Positions 45,039 to 55,587 of a stretch of 64,000 nucleotides of DNA are shown piece by piece. The position numbers and the translations under genes are program-made. Source of the DNA: Patescibacteria group bacterium (GTDB taxonomy: Bacteria > Patescibacteriota > Minisyncoccia > Phycocordibacterales > Phycocordibacteraceae); contig JAZJYZ010000001.1 in assembly GCA_040390125.1 (NCBI GenBank), positions 506,396-570,395 on the forward strand. The letters run 5' to 3'. The notes below the pieces were generated by a model that did no database searches, was not told the origin of the DNA, and worked only from the letters and a program-made list of their open reading frames with translations. Numbering within the stretch: the first letter of the stretch is position 1; each line of letters opens with the position of its first letter.

Positions 45039-46103
45039 ATGATCATCGATCTTCTAAAAGTTTTTGCCCCATCCATATTCGCTTTTTGGATAGGTATAGC
45101 TATTGCACCGATTCTTACACACTACCTTTTTAAATATCGTATATGGAAAAAAAAGTCTGGCAAAAAAGCTCTTGATGGAAAGGTAGCCGTTGAGTTCGGT
45201 AAGCTCCATGGAGAAAACGAAACGAAAACACCTCGCATGGGAGGCATTTTGGTGTGGGCATCCGTTATCCTCACAATAGCTTTGGTGTGGATTCTTCAAT
45301 ACATATTTCCTAACTCCGCTACAACAAAACTTTCATTCCTTTCTCGATCACAAACATGGATACCTTTCACTACACTTATTCTTGGTGCTTTAGTTGGTCT
45401 CGTTAATGATATTCTTGATGTAGTTGACCGTCACGGTGAAAAGGGGATTCCACTCCGTATTCGGCTAGTTTTCGTGGCAGGCCTTTCTTTCTGTATTGGG
45501 TGGTGGTTTTACGCAAAACTTGGTGTAACGGCTATCAGTATGCCCTTCGGAGACCCACTCTATATAGGATGGCTCGTCATACCCTTGTTTATGCTCGTTT
45601 CTTTATTTCTCTATGCTTCAGGGGTCATCGATGGCATTGATGGGTTGTCGGGTGCTGTCTTTGCTTCTATATTTTCGGCATACGCATTCATTGCTTTTCA
45701 CCAAAATCAAATAGACCTCGCAGCTTTCTGCGCAACCGTTGTGGGTGCTCTTCTAGCATTCTTGTGGTTCAACGTACCTCCTGCCAGATTTTGGATGACC
45801 GAAACGGGCACAATGGGGCTCACTCTTACCGTTGGTGCTATAGCATTTATGACCGATACACTCGGGGAAGGGAAAGGTCTTTCTGCTCTGCCAATTATTG
45901 CGTTTCTTCTCGTCATTACTGTATTCTCAAATATCATCCAAGTACTTTCAAAAAAAATATTTAAGAAAAAAGTATTTAAAATTGCTCCTCTTCACCACCA
46001 CTTCGAAGCTATTGGGTGGCCTGGGTACAAGGTAACTATGCGCTATTGGATTCTTTCTATAATCCTCGCTATTCTTGGGGTTTCACTTGCACTTATTCCC
46101 TAA
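45039..46103 (+). CDS. mraY: phospho-N-acetylmuramoyl-pentapeptide transferase
   Basis: ...KTPRMGGILVW...; ...NDILDVVD...; ...IDGIDGLSG...; 10 TM; followed by ftsW-murG. Confidence 0.85.
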   Translation: MIIDLLKVFAPSIFAFWIGIAIAPILTHYLFKYRIWKKKSGKKALDGKVAVEFGKLHGENETKTPRMGGILVWASVILTIALVWILQYIFPNSATTKLSFLSRSQTWIPFTTLILGALVGLVNDILDVVDRHGEKGIPLRIRLVFVAGLSFCIGWWFYAKLGVTAISMPFGDPLYIGWLVIPLFMLVSLFLYASGVIDGIDGLSGAVFASIFSAYAFIAFHQNQIDLAAFCATVVGALLAFLWFNVPPARFWMTETGTMGLTLTVGAIAFMTDTLGEGKGLSALPIIAFLLVITVFSNIIQVLSKKIFKKKVFKIAPLHHHFEAIGWPGYKVTMRYWILSIILAILGVSLALIP

Positions 46104-46106
46104 TCT

Positions 46107-47213
46107 ATGGCGGGGCACACACGCAAGTCTCCTGACAGAATACTTCTTATAACCCTACTTGTGCTCGTAGTAAGTGGGCTTTTTATATTTCTCTCTGCGT
46201 CACTTGGGCTACTCGCATACGACGGAGCCCAGTTTTCAAACGTCGCACGAAGTCAAATTGTTTTAGGGCTTGGCGGGGGACTTATAGCATTCTTTTTTTG
46301 TATGGCGGTTCCATACCGTGTATGGCGTCGCTTCTCTCTGTACATATTCGGAGTGTCTATTGTGCTCACCTTACTCGTGTTTGTGCCTCACTTAGGCCTC
46401 GAATTAAATGGTGCACGCAGATGGATTAAGCTCGGGCCACTTACAGTACAAACTTCAGAGTTTTTAAAAATTGGCTACATTCTCTACCTTGCCACATGGT
46501 TTTCAATGGCAAAATCAAAAATAAATACGTTAACTCATGGACTTATACCTTTTGTTATTATCACTGCTATAACTGCCGGAGCGCTTCTTTTACAACCAGA
46601 CACAGATACATTCATTGTTATTGCAGTTGCAGGTGGTGCCATGTTCATGGCAGCGGGAGCACGATTTCGAGATTTAGCGCTTTTGGTAGTAGCGGGCATT
46701 TTAGGTCTTGCAGTACTTGTTTTTTTCCGACCCTACCTCGCTGACAGAGTCACTACGTTCTTGAATCCGAGTAGCGACCCTCGAGGTTCAAGCTACCAGG
46801 TGCAACAATCGTTACTTGCAGTGGGGGCAGGGGAGATGTTTGGGCGTGGCTTTGGTCAGAGTATCCAAAAATTTGGCAAACTTCCTGAACCCATTTCTGA
46901 CTCAATATTTTCCGTGTTCGCAGAAGAATTTGGCTTTGTTGGGGGGTTGGCACTGTTACTAGTCTATATAACATTTGCCCTACGGGGACTCTGGGTTGCC
47001 GCTCGTGCGCCAGACTTGTTTGGAGGATTAGTCGCTGTGGGCATCGTTGTATTAATTACTTCGCAGTGTTTCCTTAACATTGGTGCCATGCTTGCACTCG
47101 TTCCTCTTTCGGGGTTGCCATTAGTATTCGTGTCTCATGGAGGTACGGCACTTTTAACGGCTTTAGGTGCTGCAGGTATCTTGATGTCAGTTTCCCGTTC
47201 AATTAAGAGCTAG
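46107..47213 (+). CDS. ftsW: SEDS-family peptidoglycan polymerase FtsW/RodA
   Basis: ...PSEFLKIGYILYLA...; ...SDSIFSVFAEEFGFVGGLALLLVY...; position between mraY and murG. Confidence 0.85.
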   Translation: MAGHTRKSPDRILLITLLVLVVSGLFIFLSASLGLLAYDGAQFSNVARSQIVLGLGGGLIAFFFCMAVPYRVWRRFSLYIFGVSIVLTLLVFVPHLGLELNGARRWIKLGPLTVQTSEFLKIGYILYLATWFSMAKSKINTLTHGLIPFVIITAITAGALLLQPDTDTFIVIAVAGGAMFMAAGARFRDLALLVVAGILGLAVLVFFRPYLADRVTTFLNPSSDPRGSSYQVQQSLLAVGAGEMFGRGFGQSIQKFGKLPEPISDSIFSVFAEEFGFVGGLALLLVYITFALRGLWVAARAPDLFGGLVAVGIVVLITSQCFLNIGAMLALVPLSGLPLVFVSHGGTALLTALGAAGILMSVSRSIKS

Positions 47214-47218
47214 GTGAT

Positions 47219-47312
47219 GGAAAGTAGAGAGTGGAGAGTGGGTTATAGGAAATAGTTAGGAGGGGATGAAGGATGTGAGGTTCTACCCACTACTCTCCAA
47301 TCTCTAACTACT
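47219..47312. repeat. Inverted repeat of GTAGAGAGTGGAGAGTGGGT / ACCCACTACTCTCCA words between ftsW and murG
   Basis: Read directly. Confidence 0.65.
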
Positions 47313-47340
47313 AGTTTCTAAACACTCTTAGACTTATACT

Positions 47341-48486
47341 TTGGATATGAAAATCGTTTTGACAGGAGGAGGTACAGGAGGGCATTTTTACCCAGTTATA
47401 GCAGTTGCTGAAGCCCTACAGGATATTGCAAAAGAGAAAAAATTGATTGACCCCGAGCTCTACTTCTTCGGGCCAGCTGCGTTTGATGAGCGAGCATTGT
47501 ATGAAAATGGCATCACGTTTGTAAAAACTCCGGCAGGAAAAATACGACGGTATTTTTCTATTCTCAATTTCTTTGATTTTTTTAAAACTGGATGGGGAAT
47601 ACTCGAGACGTGCCTTACGTTGTATAAAATTTTCCCTGACGTTGTTTTCTCAAAAGGAGGTTACGGAAGTGTGCCTACATTGATAGCGGCGAAAATTTTA
47701 CGTATTCCCGTCATCGCACATGACTCTGACGCAGTGCCTGGGCGTGCAACCATGCTTGCTGCACCCTTCGCAAAAAAAATTGGCATCTCATATGAAGAAG
47801 CCTACGAATATTTTCCTGAAAAAATACGAGCAAAAGTAGCACTTGTGGGAAATCCAGTGCGCAGAGAACTTCGAGATCCTGCTCGCGAAGGAGCACAAGA
47901 GTTTTTGGAACTTGAGCACAACGTCCCTGTATTACTTTTCCTTGGTGGCTCCCTTGGCGCAGAAAAACTCAATAATACTATTCTTGAAGCCTTGCCGGGA
48001 CTCATCGATCGCTATCAGGTAATACATCAAGCAGGACAAATTCATATCAAATCAGTCGCAGAAACAGCGCAAGTTATTTTAGGAAAAAATGAGAGGCGTT
48101 ACAGATATAAACCATACGGCTACTTATCGTCACTCGCACTCAAAATGTCTGCGGGAGCGGCTGATTTAGTCATAACACGCGCAGGTTCAGGCTCTATTGC
48201 AGAAGTTGCATCGTGGAAGAAGGCCTCCATTCTTATTCCTATTCCGGAAGAGGTAAGTCGAGATCAACGCTCAAATGCATTTGCCTATGCACGCTCAGGT
48301 GCTGCGATTGTTATGGAACAGGCAAATCTTACTCCACACCTATTACTTTCAGAGATAGATAGACTGTTTACCAATCCAAAAGTTCGAAACGATATGGCAG
48401 AAGCTGCGGGTAAGTTTGCCAAAAGTGATTCAGCAAAAACAATAGCGCAAATGGTCATAGACACGGCTCTGGAGCATGAAAGCTAG
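47341..48486 (+). CDS. murG: UDP-GlcNAc:lipid I GlcNAc transferase MurG
   Basis: MDMKIVLTGGGTGGHFYPVIAVAEAL... G-loop; GT28 C-terminal domain. Confidence 0.9.
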   Translation: MDMKIVLTGGGTGGHFYPVIAVAEALQDIAKEKKLIDPELYFFGPAAFDERALYENGITFVKTPAGKIRRYFSILNFFDFFKTGWGILETCLTLYKIFPDVVFSKGGYGSVPTLIAAKILRIPVIAHDSDAVPGRATMLAAPFAKKIGISYEEAYEYFPEKIRAKVALVGNPVRRELRDPAREGAQEFLELEHNVPVLLFLGGSLGAEKLNNTILEALPGLIDRYQVIHQAGQIHIKSVAETAQVILGKNERRYRYKPYGYLSSLALKMSAGAADLVITRAGSGSIAEVASWKKASILIPIPEEVSRDQRSNAFAYARSGAAIVMEQANLTPHLLLSEIDRLFTNPKVRNDMAEAAGKFAKSDSAKTIAQMVIDTALEHES

Positions 48487-48590
48487 CTTTCAGCTGTCAG
48501 CTTCCAGGTTTCAGCTTTAATACCACATCAAAATTAATAAAGCTGGCATTTAAAAGCTGGAAGCTGTAACCTGACAGCTGGAAGTTCTAA
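48481..48590. repeat. AGCTG/CAGCT-word inverted repeat (family member) between murG and gltX
   Basis: AGCTAGCTTTCAGCTGTCAGCTTCCAGGTTTCAGCTTTAA...AAAGCTGGCATTTAAAAGCTGGAAGCTGTAACCTGACAGCTGGAAG. Confidence 0.75.
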
Positions 48591-48592
48591 AT

Positions 48593-50038
48593 ATGAATGT
48601 AGTAACTCGATTTGCCCCTAGTCCAACCGGCTTTATGCATATTGGCAGTGTTCGCACCGCACTTTTTGCATATCTGTTTGCTAAAAAAAATAATGGCACC
48701 CTGATACTCCGTATTGAAGATACTGATCAGGCTCGTGAAGTTGAAGGCTCAATACAGCACATTCAGGATTCACTTTCTTGGCTTGGTATTGATTGGCAGT
48801 ACGGACCTGAAAAGCCAGGGCCTTTTGGTTCCTGCATCCAGTCAGAGCGAATGGACTCTTACAGAGAGTTTGCAAAAAAACTCATGGACGCTGGGCATGC
48901 GTACCCTGACCCCTATACACCTGAACAAATTACTGCTTTCAGAGAAACTGCAAAATTAGAAAAACGACCATTTCTTTTTCGAGATCATCGTCCGGAAACA
49001 TTTGATGCGTGGGATGGCAAAGCTCCACTGCGGTTTAAGGTTCCTGAAATAAAGAGATACAAATGGAATGATGCGGTGCGTGGTGAACTTGAAGCAGGGG
49101 AGGAAGCACTGGACGATTTTATTCTAATGAAAGGCGATGGCTACCCGACGTACAACTTTGCACACATTGTTGACGACCATCTGATGGGTGTGACTCATAT
49201 TTTCCGGGCGGATGAATTTATTTCATCAACTCCAAGATTTTTGAGCCTCTATGATGCCTTGGGAGTTACGCCACCAATCTTTGTTACCTTACCCCCAATA
49301 CTTCGTGACGACCGCACCAAAAAACTAGGGAAACGTGATGGTGCAAAAGACGTCCTCGAATACAGAACAGAAGGCTATCTACCAGAAGCGATTGTTAACT
49401 ACCTTGCACTCATCGGCTGGAACCCAGGAACCGATGAAGAGGTTTTTTCGCAAGAAGATTTAGTGGAAAGATTCAGTATCGATCAGATTCAGAAAAGCGG
49501 GGGTGCATTCGATGAGACAAAACTAAAATGGTTCAATCGTGAGCACATTTTGAGGCTTACTCCTGAAAAATTCCTGCATTATGCTTCAGGATTTCTTTCT
49601 GCAAAAACAAAAGCTGATCTGAAAAAAAAGAATCTATTCGAGAAACTCGTACCCCTAATGCGTGAACGGATTCAGACGTTTGCAGAATTGAAAGACATGG
49701 ACGAGGCGGGGGAGTTTGCTTTCTATGCCGAAACTCCTGTGTACCCCGTGGGAGGCCTACTCTCAAAAGACGAACCTGACAAAGCAAAAACCGCAACACG
49801 CCTTCGTTATGTTGCTTCAGCATTAAGTGCTTTGAACGAAAGTGAGTGGCATGAGCAGAAAATAAAAGAAACCATCTGGCCATACGCTGAAGAGAAGGGG
49901 AGGGGAGCCGTCTTGTGGCCGTTCCGTTTCGCCCTTTCAGGTAGAAGTAAGTCCCCTGACCCGTTCATTATTGCGTCAATAATAGGAAAAAAAGAAACTC
50001 TCGCACGCATTGAAGATGCCGCCCGCAATCTCGGATAA
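48593..50038 (+). CDS. gltX: glutamyl-tRNA synthetase
   Basis: MNVVTRFAPSPTGFMHIGSVRTALFAYLFAK... (HIGH region) ...; KMSKS-equivalent ...KLGKRDG... Confidence 0.9.
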   Translation: MNVVTRFAPSPTGFMHIGSVRTALFAYLFAKKNNGTLILRIEDTDQAREVEGSIQHIQDSLSWLGIDWQYGPEKPGPFGSCIQSERMDSYREFAKKLMDAGHAYPDPYTPEQITAFRETAKLEKRPFLFRDHRPETFDAWDGKAPLRFKVPEIKRYKWNDAVRGELEAGEEALDDFILMKGDGYPTYNFAHIVDDHLMGVTHIFRADEFISSTPRFLSLYDALGVTPPIFVTLPPILRDDRTKKLGKRDGAKDVLEYRTEGYLPEAIVNYLALIGWNPGTDEEVFSQEDLVERFSIDQIQKSGGAFDETKLKWFNREHILRLTPEKFLHYASGFLSAKTKADLKKKNLFEKLVPLMRERIQTFAELKDMDEAGEFAFYAETPVYPVGGLLSKDEPDKAKTATRLRYVASALSALNESEWHEQKIKETIWPYAEEKGRGAVLWPFRFALSGRSKSPDPFIIASIIGKKETLARIEDAARNLG

Positions 50039-50040
50039 CA

Positions 50041-51414
50041 ATGAAATTAAAAAGTGTCTCTCCAAAGAAGTTTTCCGCATCATTGTTAGTTGTTTCTTTT
50101 GGAATGTTCTTAAGCCTGTCAGGGCTTATCCTCTTTGAATTGACGCCTACGGTCGCATGGGGAGAAACAGCGGAAGAAATTCAAATCAAGATAGCTGAAC
50201 AGAATGCAAAAATTGCTGCACTTGAAAAAGAAATTGCCGAGTACGAAAGCACTCTCTACACAATAGGTGGTGAAAAAACAACCCTGCAAGGAGAAATAAA
50301 CCGTATTGATGTCTCCCGCAAGAAGATCACAGCGACCGTCTCAGTTACGGAGAATAAGATCACCGCAGCGAATCTTTCATTAAAGAACCTCGGCGGAGCT
50401 ATCGAAGATAAAGGCAAACGCATCGAGAATTCAACCGAGACTATTCGTCAGTCGCTTCGCAACCTCTATCAGATAGGTGACACAACGATAGTCGAACAAC
50501 TCTTAGCTGCAGACGAGATACTGGAGGCATGGCAGGAGGTGGATAGGATAGGGCAGTTGGGGATCGCTTTGAGAAAGGAGATCGTTGAGCTTCAGACCAC
50601 CAAAGAATCGCTTACGGTCGACTACAGCACTACAGAAAAAGAGAAAGCCAAACTCGTGTCACTAAAAAAACAGCTCTCCGACCAGAAGATACTTTTGGAT
50701 CAAAACCGAAAAGAACAAGAGACGCTTCTTGCACAAACCAAGAACAAAGAATCCACGTTCCAAAAACTACTTGCTGAAAAACAAGCCGCAAAAGCACAGT
50801 TCGAAAAGCAATTGAATGATTACGAAGCTAGTTTGAAATATACCCTCGATCCGAACTCTATACCGAAAGCAGGCAGTGGTGTCCTATCGTTTCCAATTGA
50901 CCCTGCATTCATGAACCGATGTAAAAGTCGCTCTGGAACCTTTGGCAACATCTACTGCCTTACTCAATACTTCGGAAATACCGATTTTGCTCAAAGCGGA
51001 GCCTATAACGGCAAAGGGCACAACGGTGTCGATTTTGGGACACCAGAAGGCACTCGCATTGTTTCGGCGCTTGGAGGTACGGTGGTAGACACAGGAAACA
51101 CTGATTTGTATAAAGGTTGTTACTCCTATGGGAAATGGGTGTTTGTGCGTCATGAAAACGGTCTTTCAACCATCTATGCACACCTTTCTGTTATAAGTGT
51201 CGTGAAAGGTCAAAGTGTCAGCACGGGAAGCCTTTTGGGCTATAGCGGGAAAACAGGTTATGCGACAGGCCCACACCTTCACTTTGGCGTATATGTCTCG
51301 AGCGCAGCTAAAGTTATCAGACTTGGAGACGTTAAATCTATAACCAAATGCGGGTCTGCTTATATGCCCGTTGCTCCTACAGAGGCATATTTGAATCCGA
51401 TGAAATACCTTTAA
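50041..51414 (+). CDS. M23 family metallopeptidase with N-terminal coiled-coil (EnvC/LytM-like)
   Basis: Signal/TM; long coiled coil; C-term ...GKGHNGVDFGTPEGTRIVSALGGTVV...YGKWVFVRHENGLSTIYAHLS... Confidence 0.8.
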   Translation: MKLKSVSPKKFSASLLVVSFGMFLSLSGLILFELTPTVAWGETAEEIQIKIAEQNAKIAALEKEIAEYESTLYTIGGEKTTLQGEINRIDVSRKKITATVSVTENKITAANLSLKNLGGAIEDKGKRIENSTETIRQSLRNLYQIGDTTIVEQLLAADEILEAWQEVDRIGQLGIALRKEIVELQTTKESLTVDYSTTEKEKAKLVSLKKQLSDQKILLDQNRKEQETLLAQTKNKESTFQKLLAEKQAAKAQFEKQLNDYEASLKYTLDPNSIPKAGSGVLSFPIDPAFMNRCKSRSGTFGNIYCLTQYFGNTDFAQSGAYNGKGHNGVDFGTPEGTRIVSALGGTVVDTGNTDLYKGCYSYGKWVFVRHENGLSTIYAHLSVISVVKGQSVSTGSLLGYSGKTGYATGPHLHFGVYVSSAAKVIRLGDVKSITKCGSAYMPVAPTEAYLNPMKYL

Positions 51415-51415
51415 C

Positions 51416-51512
51416 TAGGGGTTAGTGTTTAGGGTCTAGTGGTTAGGCGATGCCTCATCGGATCCGAAGGGGTCATTAGGGAAAACCTAAACCCTGTACA
51501 CTAAACACTGTT
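51416..51512. repeat. Structured intergenic region with TAGTGTTTAGGG / TAGTGGTTAGG word inverted repeats upstream of the DUF378 gene; related copy (opposite orientation) at 53731-53764
   Basis: CTAGGGGTTAGTGTTTAGGGTCTAGTGGTTAGG...CCTAAACCCTGTACACTAAACAC; 53731 CCTATCCCCTAAACGCTAACCACTAAACCCTAGC. Confidence 0.55.
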
Positions 51513-51625
51513 CACTTTGCTGTTTAATAAACAATCCACACCAAATACTTCGGAAGTCCGGAAAGATGTAATTCGGGTGTTCAATGTATATGTCGATCTT
51601 TATTATGTAGAAGTTTTAATTAATA

Positions 51626-51660
51626 AGCTAACAGCTAGAAGCTGAAAGCTATAAGCTAAT
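51626..51660. repeat. AGCTAACAGCTAGAAGCTGAAAGCTATAAGCTAAT word repeat (family member, single arm)
   Basis: Read directly. Confidence 0.6.
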
Positions 51661-51664
51661 TTTT

Positions 51665-51907
51665 ATGAAATATTTGCATATGCTTGCGTTCCTACTCCTT
51701 GTAGTAGGTGGCCTTAACTGGGGTCTTGTGGGCCTTGGTGGTTTTATGGGTGGCGACTGGAATGTCGTCAACATGATTCTCGGTAGCTGGCCACAAGTGG
51801 AGTGGGCTGTATACGTCCTCGTAGGTCTCTCAGCAGTCTGGCTTGTGCTCACTCACAAGAAGGAGTGCATGATGTGCGTGGCAGGCTCTGCTGGCCCAAT
51901 GGCATAA
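51665..51907 (+). CDS. DUF378 family small membrane protein
   Basis: ...LLVVGGLNWGLVGLGGFMGGDWNVV... characteristic GLNWGL motif; 80 aa. Confidence 0.7.
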   Translation: MKYLHMLAFLLLVVGGLNWGLVGLGGFMGGDWNVVNMILGSWPQVEWAVYVLVGLSAVWLVLTHKKECMMCVAGSAGPMA

Positions 51908-52108
51908 ATTCAATACCATTAGGTATTTTAAAAACCCTCCAAGCTGGAGGGTTTTTAAATGATTTGACATACCAGTAGGGGAGATGTATAAATTTCTATA
52001 TGAGCGAAATTGGCAAAAGAGAAACACCTTGCACTCACCCTATTTTATCTAGCACAATTTACGGCTACGATTTACTTAGAGGACGCACTTTACGTGAATG
52101 TCTAATTT

Positions 52109-52384
52109 GTGGCGATAGCTTTTCGACACCCTCCCCATGGATTAAATCAAGCATACTTCCACATCCTTAGCTCCCCATATATACTTCGTAAAAGCCTAAA
52201 AGAAAAAAGAGACATGACTCAAGGAAGTAGCTCACGGCCGGAAAAAATAGGAAAACACTCTAAGCCTTATTATGCTCGTAGTAAAGGCTTCCATAAATAT
52301 GGGGAAAGGTATATTCCAAAAGAAATAAAACAACGGATTGATAAAGATATACGTGCATTACGTGTACCAACTACAGAGAAGTAA
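52109..52384 (+). CDS. Hypothetical small basic protein (possibly shorter, from internal Met)
   Basis: ORF only; basic C-terminal half; no family recognised. Confidence 0.25.
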   Translation: MAIAFRHPPHGLNQAYFHILSSPYILRKSLKEKRDMTQGSSSRPEKIGKHSKPYYARSKGFHKYGERYIPKEIKQRIDKDIRALRVPTTEK

Positions 52385-52742
52385 ATTCCCATGGTTGGCA
52401 AAATAGGGGAGTGCGACTCCCCCGATATCAAGTTCTTTTTTTGAAGCCTTTCTTCTACTTAAATATTTCAATGTATCGGAAGAAGAAAGAGATGTAGATA
52501 TCTCTTTGCTTGTGTCACGTTGGCGTGCGTTATAGATGGGTTAGAAGCTGATTAGCCCTCTAAGGAAAGCTTTCGAACCACTGCCCGGGATTCTCTCTAT
52601 GGATACTTCGTAAAAGATATATTGTGCGAAGTACTCCTAATCCTATTCCCTCTAGCAAAGGTCAGTTAAGAAAAGGATTTAATCTTCATCGTCCTCTCGA
52701 GCGAGTCTCCTTTCGTCTCGTTCATTTGCTTCGTGACGACGA

Positions 52743-53093
52743 TCAGTCATAAGAGTAAAGTCGTATCTTATTAAGATTCTTGAAATGGAAAATTCTATCA
52801 CCAATAAGAAATGTACGATAATTTAATTGACGAAACACACCACTAAAAACACCAACAACTCCAAAGGGTCTTACTTCGATCTCGACATTATCTCCATCTT
52901 TTACTTCTGCCTCTTCAACTTTTCTGTACCCTACCGCCTCAGCTTTATGACGACCCTTATTACGCCGAGTCTTCCATATCCGCCATTCGGTATCCACCGG
53001 TTCTGGGCCAAATCGTAGTGTTGTTGGAATTTCAGTCACAGACAACATATTGACACGATAAGAAGAATATGTCAAATACGATACTGCCTGCAC
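52743..53093 (-). CDS. Hypothetical protein
   Basis: ORF only. Confidence 0.3.
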   Translation of the reverse strand: MQAVSYLTYSSYRVNMLSVTEIPTTLRFGPEPVDTEWRIWKTRRNKGRHKAEAVGYRKVEEAEVKDGDNVEIEVRPFGVVGVFSGVFRQLNYRTFLIGDRIFHFKNLNKIRLYSYD

Positions 53094-53767
53094 CCTAAAT
53101 ACCCTTAAGAAAAACGACGACCACGTGCCTTGCTAGCGCAAGAAGGAAAATGATAACCCCAAACGCCACCGCAGTATTCGTTTTTGCAGGTAAAAGATTT
53201 CATTTCTCTTTTCACTGCTGGATGAGCAAGAGAGTCCCTAGGTATTGGGTTTTTATAGGCATCTAAATAACGCATGAATTTTAAGTTATTTATTTTGGTT
53301 TTCTTGGCTTTCCTCTTCGTTTTCCTCTTTTTCTTGGTTTTACCCCAAACATTTCTTGAAGAAGAATCGGTGCAGTTTCTTGCATCTGCTTCAAAACTGC
53401 AGCTCTTTGGTGTCGATTCCCGTCAGCACCAGACCTCTTTAGACGCTCCGGTCTACTATCGCTCCCGTGTGGCATAACGAGCACAATAACACCTTACTTT
53501 GATATGTCAATTAATAACGGGAGTTACGGACAGAATAGACTTTACGATTTTGGCTATTCGTGAGAACATTAAGAATGATAGAAAACGATTTAAGCCATTG
53601 GCTGAACTTGGCATTCTTTACGATTGTCATCCTTGCTTTCTTGAAAGACAGCAATAGCTGATTTGAATTGGAAAATCACTCCCCTTCTTACTTTACTTCT
53701 ATTTTTTTGCTAATGATCCCTCCGAAATCGCCTATCCCCTAAACGCTAACCACTAAACCCTAGCTAT

Positions 53768-54055
53768 ATGTCTCAAGAATTTGATTTCAATTCTGTTCCT
53801 TCAAAGCTGTTCATCGATACCGTGAACGTAAGGGTCATCAATGGGCTTCTGCACCTTGCTCTTCAATCCGGACAAACAACTTCATGCTTCCTACTCCCCC
53901 TCCCTGCTGCAAAAATGATAGCCAAGGCGATAACCAAGCAAGTAGAAGAAATAGAAGAGAAAAACAACATAAAATTTGACGACCGCCTTCCCAACGAGCC
54001 AATGCTGAGTCCCTGGACTTCAAAAAACGAAGGGGGTGCTCCGGAGCAAAAGTAG
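53768..54055 (+). CDS. Hypothetical protein
   Basis: ORF only. Confidence 0.3.
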   Translation: MSQEFDFNSVPSKLFIDTVNVRVINGLLHLALQSGQTTSCFLLPLPAAKMIAKAITKQVEEIEEKNNIKFDDRLPNEPMLSPWTSKNEGGAPEQK

Positions 54056-54150
54056 AGGTAAAATTTACAATTTTCAATTACCAACCATTTCGGTATACTT
54101 GAAACATTACAACCTGTCAGCTCATTTTTACTCTATAAGAAAAGTGATTT

Positions 54151-54558
54151 ATGAATAACGACAAAAAAGCTTCTGTATTTATTCTTCTTGGGCGAGTTGC
54201 ACTGTCAGCGCTATTTATAATCTTTGGATTTCTAAAGATCGGCACCTTTGCGGGCATGGTGGCGTTTGCAACTTCTGCTGGTGTTCCCTTCCCCGAGCTC
54301 GCAATAACCCTCGCCATTGTAATTGAGCTTTTAGCTGGACTCATGGTGCTTGTGGGCTACCAAACAAAGTGGGCAGCGCTTGCCATAGCCCTCTTCCTTA
54401 TTCCTGTTACCTATTACTTCCACAGAAACTTTGCAGATCAGGTGAATCTAACTATGTTCTGGAAGAACATCTCAATCTTGGGCGGTATGCTCGTTCTTGC
54501 CGCCCACGGTGCAGGCAGGTACAGTATTGACGGCTACCTTGCGAAAAAGAGTTCGTAG
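54151..54558 (+). CDS. DoxX family membrane protein
   Basis: 4 TM pattern ...VALSALFIIFGFLKIG...AITLAIVIELLAGLMVLVGYQTKWAALAIALFLIPVTYYFH... Confidence 0.7.
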   Translation: MNNDKKASVFILLGRVALSALFIIFGFLKIGTFAGMVAFATSAGVPFPELAITLAIVIELLAGLMVLVGYQTKWAALAIALFLIPVTYYFHRNFADQVNLTMFWKNISILGGMLVLAAHGAGRYSIDGYLAKKSS

Positions 54559-54894
54559 AATAAAAGAGGAAGTTTGCTCGGATATAAAAAACTCCCTATA
54601 CAGGGAGTTTTGATATAAGGCTTTTGTTTTAAAATTATTTTATTCTTCTGACAGGAAAGAATGTTTGACGTAAAAGTTCATAGGCGCTCATAGGCCTTTG
54701 TCTAGGAGGTGTATTTTCTGAAGGCGGAACACCGGCCCGTTCGTCTGGTTTGGTTTTACGCTCAACAACTGGATAACCTGACTTAAGTTCTTCCGCCGAC
54801 CTCCCCGCCCATACCATAATTACTATATAGATTAGCTTTTACAAAGCAAAGTGTAACTAAGAGGATTCAGAAAAGCAATGGAGCTGTTTTGAAT

Positions 54895-55293
54895 TTACTT
54901 CACCGCCAAGTGTCCCCAGCAAGCCTTGGATGACTTCCATGGCCTGGTGCCTTGTTTCTCGTACAAATGCTTTGCATACGCAAGGTTACCGTCAAGACTA
55001 TAGATATTGATATTGAGCTCCTCAGCCTCCCCTTCGTGATACTGGGTATTGATTTGCATCACCCCGATATCGTCAGAGTTAACAACCCCACGGAGAATTT
55101 CTCCGTCCTCATCGATATGACGCAGTCTCGACTCGCACCAAGCGATATCGGCCAAAATAGGCGTATCGGCATAGTACTTCTCCACATACTCCTTCAACGT
55201 CTCTACGTTTGGAGCCTGCACTTCCTTGGTGGAGGTGGCTGCTGGCGTAGACATAGCAACGCTCGCTAGCAATAGCATTATTGGTAACAACAT
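54895..55293 (-). CDS. Small secreted lysozyme-like/lytic transglycosylase-domain protein
   Basis: Signal peptide; ...ADIAWCESRLRH...(~25 aa)...IGVMQINTQYH... (catalytic Glu-Ser + GxMQI motif). Confidence 0.55.
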   Translation of the reverse strand: MLLPIMLLLASVAMSTPAATSTKEVQAPNVETLKEYVEKYYADTPILADIAWCESRLRHIDEDGEILRGVVNSDDIGVMQINTQYHEGEAEELNINIYSLDGNLAYAKHLYEKQGTRPWKSSKACWGHLAVK

Positions 55294-55550
55294 ATGAATC
55301 TAATGATTTTTTTGGCTTTTAGCCTTTAGAGATGCAAGAAGATTGCGGGGGTTCCCCTTCGTAACAATCGTGCTTGGGGTACTAAAAAAGCCGGCCCGAA
55401 AGCCGACTACTTCAATACGTTAGCACTCGCATCATTTCGTGTCAAGCCTTGCGGAACCAAAAAAGACCTTTATATGGCTCAATGAAGCCGTATAAATGCT
55501 CATGAGGAAATCATGGTTTTTGCGTGTTTTTGAGGTTTTAAGTTTTTTTT

Positions 55551-55587
55551 CCACTAACCCCTATTCCCTATAACCTATAACCTATCT
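55551..55587. repeat. TAACCTATAACCTAT word repeat; reverse-complement relative of 37847-37878 (GGTTTTAGGTTACAGGTAATAGGTTATAG)
   Basis: Read directly. Confidence 0.55.

Noticed and set aside
53100-53484. Overlapping small ORFs on both strands (53274..53477 +, 53290..53484 -, and an unlisted 56-aa Cys-containing minus-strand ORF at ~53108-53276)
   Set aside because: They are mutually exclusive, short, compositionally odd and carry no motifs. I cannot tell which, if any, is real.
42251-53760. tRNA genes in the longer intergenic regions (42251-42696, 51415-51664, 52385-52742, 53094-53767)
   Set aside because: I scanned both strands for GGTTCGAATCC-like T-arms with a matching acceptor stem and CCA context. 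No candidate folded into a cloverleaf by eye, so none is reported. A tRNAscan/Infernal run would be decisive.
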